A stretch of 59,214 nt of DNA, the filler included, from Ionaspis alba (taxonomy: Eukaryota): assembly GCA_964255285.1 (NCBI GenBank). It is 4 parts of 4 records of this genome, joined end to end, with 100 filler letters (N's around TTAATTAATTAA, not from the genome) between each part and the next. Parts side by side here need not be neighbours in the genome. Positions count along the whole stretch, not along the records: positions 44,510 to 59,214 come from CAXUUL010000404.1; 3 more parts are not named here. One strand, 5' to 3'. This document shows positions 50,201 through 59,214 of the stretch, in pieces. The notes below the pieces were generated by a model. That model was given only the letters and a program-made list of their open reading frames with translations. It searched no databases and had not been told where the DNA came from. The translations under genes and the position numbers were made by a program. Every line of letters begins with the position of its first letter. The first letter of the stretch is position 1.

Positions 50201-50978
50201 ACTCGGCAATTGGTATGTCAATTTCCTTGAGCGCTTTTGCAAAGAGGTCGCGGTCCTCGCTGGTCCGCAATGTCTGGATACTCGTGCCCAAGACTTTGAC
50301 CCCATACCGGTCCCAGGCGCCCATCTCATCCATCTTCACCCCCAAATTGAGACCGGTCTGTCCCCCAAATGTCAAGAGCACACCGTCAGGGCGCTCGCGC
50401 TCAATGACGTAAGTCACATATTCTGGCGTAATAGGGAGATAGTAGACCTCGTCGGCTAGCTTGTGGTCCGTTTGTATTGTTGCGATATTGGGATTCATAA
50501 GGATGGAAGTGACATTGGCTTCTTTGAGGGCTTTCAAAGCTTGTGATCCTGTAGTCCAGCATTGTGGCATTAGCTAACAACCTTTCTATAGCAAAGAGAT
50601 CCAAGCAGGGAATATATGTCCCGTAAAACTCAACGTACCTGAATAATCGAATTCTCCAGCCTGCCCAATGCTCAGTCCTCCGCTGCCTATAACAAGAACT
50701 TTCTTAACATCGACCAGATTCTTTGCCCCTGCAATGACTCCGCTCTGAAGATATGCCTGTGCGCTCGGTGCCTCTTGCCCCGTGACTGTCCGGTATTTCG
50801 AGCTGGAAAACTTTCGCTTCCATGGACTCGCAGTCAGTCGAGGCTTACTCGAAGGTTGAGTGTAATGAACATGGAGTGGAGCAGTTGAGAAGGCTCTTCG
50901 CGTAGCTGGTACAGTATTCGAGCAACATCGGTGAAGGGCTTTGGAAGATTGGCCGGCGAGGTATCGAGACAGCGCCAT
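47210..50978 (-). CDS. CPA2: Arginine-specific carbamoyl-phosphate synthase large chain (mitochondrial precursor); spans an assembly gap
   Basis: Basic presequence MALSRYLAG.., [108 protein letters not shown]. Last exon ends at 47210. Confidence 0.96.
48737..48836. other. Scaffold gap (100 N, no stop linker) inside CPA2
   Basis: Both flanks continue one gene (..KKTVMIN|gtaagt ... [16 protein letters not shown]). Only an intron end and a few codons are missing. Confidence 0.9.
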
Positions 50979-51586
50979 GGCTGTTCTCACCCTCCAAAGT
51001 GTAAGATAAGAGGAATCTCAATCCTTAGATGCAGAAGGGGCGTATGCTATCTGACTGTATCAGGAAAAGCGGTGTGTAGCAGTCAATGGCACAGAATGCT
51101 GGTTTTCAACACAACCACCATTAGCTATCTGATAAGACATTAATCCATATTGTGTTTGAAGCTCAATTGACTGTACAAGACTTCGAGATGTAAGAGGGAG
51201 AAACGGACTATGGACGGACAAGAGCTGGGATAGGTCTTCCTAGAATAAGAGGGAACGATATCGGCGCAATTGGTCGAAAGAAATTTGATCTCTTGCAGCT
51301 CCCGTGCCAATGTACTTTTTTTCGAAGCTTGTGATGAGCTTCAGCCCTGCTGCGGGGTGTAAAATTTAGCTGCCGCATGCCATGCCTTGGCAGGCCCTGT
51401 GCGATATCGGGTTCAGAACAGAAAATACAACACCGTGCTGTGAAATCAGAGAGTGAGTTGAAACGATGAGTGGGTTTCTATATGTACAAGCTATGAACAT
51501 AGCTGCCATATCCTTTGACAGCTCCAGTGTGAATACACATGCTGTACAATGATGTACCGCTCTCCCTTTCTCTACCAACGCCATCC

Positions 51587-54124
51587 TCACTCCAGACTTG
51601 GAGGACAGGTAGGATCCTGCATCACAATACCACCAGCGCCCATTTCCCATGCAACCTTTTCCAAGTCTCCCTCCCCTACCGGAGCCTGAGATCTCACCCT
51701 GTGCAGAATCGCACGCAAAAACTGCGCCAGACGAAAGAGGTGTTCCTCAGCTTGAGCTTCCTCACTCAGACTACTGACCAAGATTTTCTGTTCCTCGAGA
51801 GCTTCCTCGCGCTCCTCCGTGATAGCCTCCAGTATCCGCATGGCATGACTGATATTCGCCTTGCTCCGAGGATTATCTGAAAGTCGGTGCCGCTGCCGTC
51901 TCTTCAGCTTCGGTTGATCTTCGGCGAAGCGCGCGACTTGTAAGGTGAGCATTCGCACGGTATCCAGACTTGGGAACGTGTTGAACGAAGTTCTCAGAGA
52001 ATAAAGTGCCACGATGGTTCCTTCGAGGTCCTTGGCGAGACAGAAACATCGTATAATTTGGTCGTACATTTCCCTGCTGAATTCCTCTCGAGCAGTTCTG
52101 CGCTCCTTCTCGCTGATCTTGGACAGCCAATTCATCATTTCGCAGAAGATTTGTCTGGGGCCTGGAAACCTGTCGGTAGCGTAGATGTCCAATTTGTCCA
52201 AGTGTGCCTTCTCGCTGTCCCACAAGCAGGCATACGTTTCCAGATCCGGCCTAACACGTTTGGTCATGTTATTGTATAATTTCCAGATCGTGACAAGATT
52301 TCCCTGGCGCAACTCCGCATAGAGAACATGGTTCATAAAAAAGGAATTTGGCTGGATCTCCGCTGCTCTCAAACAAGCCTGAAGATGCTGTACATAGCTT
52401 GGCATACTCCGGCGCTCATAATAGAGCAGAAGCAGTGAAAACGTCTCTATCGTGGCAGGCGGAACAGTTCTTTGTAGGTGGTGAGGAATGCGGATATCCT
52501 GGTGCTGCATGACGGAGACCTCGGCTGTCCCTTCACTAGCTATCATACCTCGACGTCTGACAACAAAGTCCAACCGTTCTTGTACCATTGCCCAGCCAAT
52601 CTGGATCGCTTTGTCCTTGTTTGCCATACTTCCTCCACGCAGGTATGCGCCAATGATACCGTTCAAGTGTCTAGGCTCCGGTTTCACACCGCGTTCATAC
52701 ATCAATTCCAGGACGGCTGACGCTGCTGTGACTTGACCCAGTTCGAGTAGACGCTTCATCCAGCTCCCGTAGAAGAACTTGTTTTGATGTCGTCGAGGCA
52801 GAAACGTCAAAGCTGTCAAGGAAGCCTTTGACAACAGCTGATTTGCATCATTGGGTTGTAAACCATCAAGCCTCCCTATTGCCGCAGCGTAGAGCTGAGT
52901 TGAGTCATACTCAGACTTCTTCCCAGAAAGCATCAAATCTTTGAAAACGGCGAGGGCCAGGTCCGCACGTCCAGCGTTTAGAAAGCTCATCATGATAGCA
53001 TCGAAGTCCGAAATTGTCATTCTAGACGCTAAACGTAGTCGGAGATTGAGATATAGGGCCCATGCACTCCTTATGCTGTCTTCGTCCACCTTCCGCGCCC
53101 AAGCCTCAACTACAGGTATCAGCACACGAGCTCTATTATCGTTGACGCTTCCTAGGAATCTGAAAGCAAGATCTTGTGCCATCCGTGGGTTGCCACAAGA
53201 AGCAAATATGCGCACACCAAGGTCCTCGATGTGTTGACGTGCCATTGGGTCATCTCTCAGAGCCTCTTGTTCAGCATGCCAGATATCTCTGGCTTTCCCG
53301 TAATGTCCTACGGCCTGATACGACTCCATGAGCGCTAGCTTCTGAGGTGGGCTCAAGTCCTTCTCGCTTTTTCTCATATCTTCCAGTAGCACAAGGAGGT
53401 TCTTGCTGCGATCCTTCTCGGTGGCCGGAGCCTTATACTGGCTCTCCCACAAAATGTCCCATGCTGCGTCAGGAATCTGTTCGACAAGTTGTGGTATGCG
53501 CAACCTGCAACGATAGTAATGCCCCCATAGCTCTTGCCTTGCCCGACGGCCGGAAGTGTTTGCAGCCGCGATTCGTAAGGCTTGGTTCAATAGCTGTAGA
53601 CGTGTGTTCTGTTCTTCTTGTAGTCTGAACGTGATTTCCAGTTCGCCCTGGTTGGGCACATATCCAGTTTCGTCTTCCAGTTCGGCTAGCGCCTCATCTT
53701 GCGCAAAGTCGTTCTCCTCAGTGGGAGGCTCTTGTTGTTCATGGGAACCACTACTTCTACGAGCCTCCTCTTCTCTAGCTTTTCTGACCTTGGCTTGGTC
53801 TTCGGGGGACAGCAAAGCCAATGACTTGCCAGACTGTAGGTCTTTCAATTCCTCCTCAAGCTGCAATATCCGCTTTTTCAGCTCTCTTGTCTCCTCCTCT
53901 TCATCCGCATCGTCAAATTCTACCTCTTCCTTGCGCGACGATCCTAGGAGGTGCTCGTACCATCGTACATCGCGTTTGGTACGTCCGTCGTTGCCTTTGA
54001 GCAGTCGGCTACCGGTGGTGAAAAGCTTCTTGGATGCTGCGAAGAAATAGGGCAATCCAGGCCGTAACGATAGCCTCAGCTGAGTGTGAAATTGGCGGAC
54101 TGCACATCGGCTCAGCCTGTGCAT
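51587..54124 (-). CDS. Mitochondrial pentatricopeptide-repeat (PPR)-like protein
   Basis: Intronless, ~845 aa, Arg-rich presequence MHRLSRCAVRQF. PPR-like units: FDAIMMSFLNAGRADLALAVFKDL, LELMYERGVKPEPRHLNGIIGAYLRGG, QPNSFFMNHVL, RPDLETYACL. Confidence 0.8.
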   Translation of the reverse strand: MHRLSRCAVRQFHTQLRLSLRPGLPYFFAASKKLFTTGSRLLKGNDGRTKRDVRWYEHLLGSSRKEEVEFDDADEEEETRELKKRILQLEEELKDLQSGKSLALLSPEDQAKVRKAREEEARRSSGSHEQQEPPTEENDFAQDEALAELEDETGYVPNQGELEITFRLQEEQNTRLQLLNQALRIAAANTSGRRARQELWGHYYRCRLRIPQLVEQIPDAAWDILWESQYKAPATEKDRSKNLLVLLEDMRKSEKDLSPPQKLALMESYQAVGHYGKARDIWHAEQEALRDDPMARQHIEDLGVRIFASCGNPRMAQDLAFRFLGSVNDNRARVLIPVVEAWARKVDEDSIRSAWALYLNLRLRLASRMTISDFDAIMMSFLNAGRADLALAVFKDLMLSGKKSEYDSTQLYAAAIGRLDGLQPNDANQLLSKASLTALTFLPRRHQNKFFYGSWMKRLLELGQVTAASAVLELMYERGVKPEPRHLNGIIGAYLRGGSMANKDKAIQIGWAMVQERLDFVVRRRGMIASEGTAEVSVMQHQDIRIPHHLQRTVPPATIETFSLLLLYYERRSMPSYVQHLQACLRAAEIQPNSFFMNHVLYAELRQGNLVTIWKLYNNMTKRVRPDLETYACLWDSEKAHLDKLDIYATDRFPGPRQIFCEMMNWLSKISEKERRTAREEFSREMYDQIIRCFCLAKDLEGTIVALYSLRTSFNTFPSLDTVRMLTLQVARFAEDQPKLKRRQRHRLSDNPRSKANISHAMRILEAITEEREEALEEQKILVSSLSEEAQAEEHLFRLAQFLRAILHRVRSQAPVGEGDLEKVAWEMGAGGIVMQDPTCPPSLE

Positions 54125-54629
54125 GGATAACTTCAACCTTCGAGAAGCTTTTGCTCGTGCTCATAGTCGGAGCTTCCGAAAAATATCGCCGAAGCATAGA
54201 TTATTTGCTTGGTTAGCGCCACCGTATGCAGCAGCCGGAGAACAACTAAATTAGCGTAAACTAGGTTTCATAGAGTCGCGTTAGATCCAAATAGTCTTGG
54301 TTAGGATTTGCAGTGTGGTCTCAAACCAAGTCAATCCATAATAGTGTTCCTGATTCCAGAAAGTTGATGTCATACACTCCAGAACACCATCTCATCCGAG
54401 ATACCTAAGTACAGGTATAATCTACAGACAGTCCTACCAGTATCCCCCTAACCAATTTCCAGCCGTCTTCAAGCTCCTAACCATTCCCAAATACTATACC
54501 AGTATAACTCCGCCCCTGAGACCATCCAGCAAGCCTATATAGCAAAGGAATAACCGGGTATGCCATCATCGTACACTCAACCTACTCTGCACCTCAACAA
54601 TCTCGATTTCCATCACACTCCATCCACCC

Positions 54630-57600
54630 CTATCGAAATCCCCTCCACCTTTTCTTAACCCTCCCATTCTTCCTCCTTTCCACCTTCTTCCCCGCTCCCT
54701 CAGTTCCAACGCCCGCGTCCCCATCTCCCTCCCCTCCGACAGCCAACCCAGCACTTTCCACATCCCCAACGATAGATCCATCCGCCAGCCCGTCCACCTC
54801 GTCCTCATCCACATCACTCAATTCCTCGCTCATTCCTCTCGCAACTTCCCGGCCCGTCCAACGCTCTTCGTAGATAGTTGTCCCGTGTGGATCGAAGGGT
54901 TCCATGTACCAGGGAATGCCGCCTTGGGAGAGGGCGGTCGGATGGGAGGGAGTGCCGGAGCTGAGACGAGGAATCGAAGGTTCGCTTCCTTTAGGGGTGC
55001 TGGGAGCTTGGTCGGTTACTGGCGGCGGTTGGTTAGTGGCTGGAACTGCATCATTCGAGGCTTCGAGTGTATGATCAGATGGCTGGCCAGCTTGGGTGGC
55101 ATCAGTGGCTTCATGTTGAATCCCGTTCGTAATAGGCTCAACCTCAGGCTCTCTGGCATGGCCTGTGTCGCCATTTGTCATGGGGTGGTCTTCGTCTACA
55201 TGCGCAGTGCTATTCACGACTGCTTTTTTGTTCTCGGTCTCCTCGTCAGAAATATCCTCCATTACAGATCCGGTCATAGAATCGCGCCGCGATGAAAGGC
55301 TTGTCTCCAGCAGCATGTCGAGGTCGCGAAGTTCTTTCTCGAAAGGTCTCCTGCACAGCTCACTCTCTCTGCGCATGGAGTCTTCGAGGCTTGGCTGGAT
55401 GGCTTTGATGATTCGCTTGGCGAGTTTCCGCTTCTCTTTCTGCTCAGCGCTGAGGTCTTTGCGGGAGCGATCGCCGATGATCTGAGATTGCACTTCGGCA
55501 GTGTCGGCAACAGTAGCCATGCCTATGGCACTGCTGAAGACGGTACCGAGGTCGGTGGAGAAGGTGGAGACGGAGGTGTAGTAGCGTTCTTCGAGGCGTT
55601 CGCGAATCTTGAGGAGACCAGCACGAAATGTTCCTTTTCCGTCCAATCTGCAGTAGGAATTAGCCTAGAGTACAGGATAGGGACGGGTTGTGATGATGCT
55701 TACGCTTGAGCCTTCTCCATGATCGGCCAAAGGAGAGGTGGAATGGGGAAGTAAACAATATCGATAATGTCGCGTAGCATTTCAGCGTCTCTGAGTTTCT
55801 CGCGCTCGCGCTTCTTTGTTTCGTCGCACAACAGTCGTAACTTTTCCACATCCAAGAGCCTCTCTTCGGCAAAGTCGATACGCCGTTGTAACCTGACCCT
55901 ACCAGCTGCCCCCATACCTACGAAATTCCGACGTGTGATTTCCATCGAAGAGAAGGTCTCCATCTGCAGCTGCAACCTCTTGATCAAAGCTGCGCCTCGG
56001 CGCGCTTCCCGTTTCAGGGTCCAATACTTGCACATATCTGCTGCGTAGTCTCTTCGCTTACGAACGGTAAATCGTTGAAGTGAACTCTCAACGGAGTCAT
56101 ACAGAACTGACGGGACAACTGGAGCTCCGGAAGGTAGTCTCCAGATTGCTTTAGTGGGTTGATTGCGCTTTCGCTTATTGCCGCCGACAATGAGATTGAT
56201 CTTAGGATGAGATTCTTCCTCGGTAGGGAATGGTATTTCTTGCGATTGAGCCGCAGCGATATTGAGTGCAGACTGCTGACTGTCCGCCCAGAGTCTTCCA
56301 CGCATAGTGTATCGATAGAAGTCAATAGCATCAGCCGTCGCTCCGTCAACATCATTGTCTTTCCGCCACTCGTTGGGAACGTGCTTGTCGCAGAATGCCT
56401 TCAGAATACTCGCGTCGAGACTCGCAGGTCCTCCGTGCGATGACTTCATCTGAAGGAACAGCTTCGCCTTCCGAGCGCATGTCACATGGAAAGCAACGAA
56501 GCAGTTTTTATTACCACATTGGATGCAAGCACCCATTTTTTGCCGGCAGATGTAACATGTTAGTTTCCATCTTTGCTTCGGCACCTTTTCGACGTCCATT
56601 ACAGGCTCCATGAAAGTCGTGTTCCCGAGCGAAACTTCTGGGATCCAGATGGCACATAGCAAATGGGACCATCGGGACGAATTGGTCTGCTTAAAAGCAC
56701 CATCGGTATTGGGACAGAAGATACATGTTGGAGTTCCGCGACCGATCAATTGGCACTTCCGACATAACCACTGTCCTTCGGGGATGAATGGTACTCCGTA
56801 GCACTCTTGATGCACTGCCAGATCACATCCGTCGCAAAACACGATAGCGTTGGTATTCTCGCAGTCACCATCATCGCATATAGCGCATTTGCTGTCTTGT
56901 TCCTCGCCAGGTGCGACCTCCCCATTGACAGCAGCAGCAGAGCTTGATCGAGGACGATGGGTCTGTGGCGGCTTAGGATTGGGTTTTGGTATTCTCTTCT
57001 CCAGCGCGTGCCATTCCTTTTCAATCTTGGTCATGGTGATTTCGAAGATTGCAGGCTTGATAGGTTCGACTTGTTCCGTTTTCCTCCGCGCGTTGTATTC
57101 CTCCAGCCACTTTTGATCCTGCTCATCCATATCATATTCAACCCTCCCGACGCCAACTGCTCCTATGGCTGCGTTGGTCTCCCCGTCCGTTTTTGTTGCA
57201 GGTGCTATGTCGAGTTCCTCTTCAATAGTACCTTCCGTTATCCGTATGAGTTGTTTTTCGGGGCGTATGTATATGTCACTCTCTTGATAACCCACGCTTG
57301 CCATGGTGCGATCAACATAGTTGAGTTGTCCGGGTGTATTCCGCTCGAAAGAGAGAAACGGGTCGGCTGGCCGAAAGGATGGTTTCGGCAGGGTTAGTTT
57401 CTCTCGCGGGTTCGGTCCTGGAAGTGGAACAATTTTAGGGACTTCGGGAGTCCCGATCCCTTTCAGCATGGAGTCAAATCGCCGTGGGGGTCGCCCTGGT
57501 CGTCTTTTGGCTGTTGCTGGAGTATCCAGAACATCGTCGCCACTACCAGAAGTGGCAGCATCTACCATAGGTGTTTCACTCTTGTCTCCGTTCAATATGA

Positions 57601-58186
57601 CCTCTGCCGGCAGATCCACCGGTGTCGAGTCTCCATTCACGGTATCCAAACTCATCTGAGTCGTCAGCTTGCGACTGAGCTGTGGAGTGGCGATTGGTTT
57701 TACAATTCCATCAACTTCGTCGGCACTGAAAGTCGGCAATTTGAATTCGATGTCAAGATCTTGATGAAACTCCTCCCAACCTCGTTCCTCCCTCGGCTTG
57801 AACCCATCACCTTGAACCACAGCAGCCGCCGCCGCGGCAGCTGAGCTATATCTCGGCCGTGTAGCTGGTCTTTCTCTCCGAGACTCACGACGTGGGCGTT
57901 CATAGGTCACTGGTTGGATTCCATTTGCTGCATTTTGTGGACCTATTCTCCCTCTCGGTCCCACATAGTTGTAGCCTCCTGGGCCCGTGCCTCCAACCGG
58001 TATCTCGGTTCCATCAGCGTCCACATACCTCCCTCCTCCACCAGGCCCACCCGGAATGTATCTCCGCTTCTTCAGAGGTGGTTGTGCCTTGTACTGAACT
58101 TCGTCTGTGTTCCCTATTGCTTTATGTGTGCCAACTCGTCCGCGGGTGCTGACAGGCCTTCGACGTGCTGCTGGAATGCCAGGCAT
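54630..58186 (-). CDS. NTO1: NuA3 HAT complex subunit Nto1 (BRPF-like: EPC-N, PHD, Zn-knuckle, PHD2); intron ~55702-55648
   Basis: VEYDMDEQD..WL...N, FEITMTKIEKEW, CAICDDGDCENTNAIVFCDGCDLAVHQECYG..IPEGQWLCRKC, CIFCP, HLLCAIWIPEV, GACIQC....C...FHVTCA, FCDKH, YWTLKR. Confidence 0.92.
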
Positions 58187-58808
58187 TTTTCCGAAGTCTC
58201 ACAGCAAAAGACGTATGGGAAAGTGAACGAGAGTTCTCAAATGCAAATGAGAATGGCGCATTGGTTGGAGACAGGTCGCGCTACCCCCGGATGTGGACTT
58301 TCGTAGAGACAGCCATAGGACAAGGTAGTCATCAACTATAGCTCTATCGAGTCTTGCATCGGCCTCTATATGAATGTGCAATAATTTAGTCGCGCTCGGT
58401 TCATAGTCGTAAGTTCACGGAAGCCATATTCTGTAATGTTCGGGGGTTGAAGTCGCATGACAAGTACAACGCTTTACTACATAGACTCTAGTGCGGGCAA
58501 GGATTGCGCGCTCTCCCGCAGAAGCTTAAATTTTGGTCACTTTTCTGGTTCGCGAGTCACTTTAGTGCAGGGCATCAGTGGTCTGGGGGAAGAGGCGGTA
58601 AGTCCGATTTTGTGAGCTGTTTCTGCTCTCACTCCTCCAAACAATCGAAGCGATTAGAAATTACCATTACTAAAGAGTCTCTCTCTAGCTGGCGCAGATC
58701 TCGGGGATAACACCTTCCGTAGATCTAGTATCAACAAACCAACCAACAAAAGGAGCAAAGGTCGTTTCCGCAAAGCCGCTTCCGCCGAGGAACCTCACAC
58801 CAGTTCCT

Positions 58809-59214
58809 ATGGCGGACAAGCAGCAGGCGGGTCCAACTTCGTCCGGAAATGTCTGGATCAACAACAGACTGAGTGGCCGTGCTGGGCGAAGCCCATCAGG
58901 GACCGTTGCAATGCGCTTCAACAACCAGGAGACGCAGGATCTCCTGCGGAAAGGTATGCTCGACTGAAGTCCTTCACCTTCGATGACAATCTAACTAACA
59001 AAATTTTCATATTAGCCTTCTCATCCGAAGATGAAAAGCCAGCCCGCTACAAAGCTCCGAGCGGGCGGCCCGGCAATAAGACAGGGACACCGTGGGCAGC
59101 CAAGCGTAGGCGACCTGCTGGCTGAGAATACTGGTGCTCAGTGGCTAATAGATACACAGCTCATACTATGGGCAACGGCAAAGACTTCTTCCTTGACCTC
59201 CGCAAGCAAGTTTC
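58809..59214 (+). CDS. Small hypothetical protein, two introns, 3'-truncated
   Basis: ATG 58809: MADKQQAG...FNNQETQDLLRK|AFSSEDEKPARYK...PWAAK|PHTMGNGKDFFLDLRKQV. Canonical GT-AG introns with CTAAC/CTAAT branch sites keep the frame open. Confidence 0.65.

Noticed and set aside
29959..50978. Arginine/polyamine/methionine 'cluster' (SPE3, MetX-like, CPA2)
   Set aside because: CPA2 lies beyond an artificial spacer, and SPE3 and the hydrolase are ~10 kb apart with unrelated genes between them.
51040..51180. Gcn4/CpcA sites or a regulatory uORF upstream of CPA2
   Set aside because: Only TGACTG near-matches, not TGACTC. The arginine attenuator uORF belongs to the small-subunit gene (CPA1/arg-2), and nothing similar is visible here.

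Overview
Eukaryotic DNA from a filamentous ascomycete (Pezizomycotina): gene-dense, with short (mostly ~45-85 nt) GT-AG introns carrying CTRAY branch sites. The window is not one locus. It is four segments (1-14778, 14879-29601, 29702-44409, 44510-59214; 14778, 14723, 14708 and 14705 bp) joined by identical artificial 100-nt spacers (N44-TTAATTAATTAA-N44), so neighbourhoods across the spacers mean nothing. Segment 1: AIF/AMID-like flavoprotein, PTH11-like membrane protein, a hypothetical gene, a secreted Cys-rich protein with an LxxR-repeat pro-region, SWC5, and a head-to-head pair (helical-N-terminus/DUF7580-like protein plus a C2H2 zinc-finger protein with an integrated SH3). Segment 2: SprT-like protein, divergent SMC3 and RIO1, coronin (one GC-AG intron), and a frameshifted, catalytically degenerate SGNH/CE3-like gene. 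Segment 3: spermidine synthase, a probable GPI-anchored wall protein, two tandem divergent protein kinases each with a SAP-like motif inserted inside the kinase domain, a MetX-like alpha/beta-hydrolase, and MNN9. Segment 4: VTS1, CPA2, a mitochondrial PPR-like protein, NTO1 and a truncated small gene. The best candidates for undescribed biology are the SAP-insert kinase tandem and the DUF7580-like/zinc-finger-SH3 divergent pair. No tRNA, rRNA, CRISPR array or transposon was recognised. All family calls come from reading motifs by eye, not from database searches.
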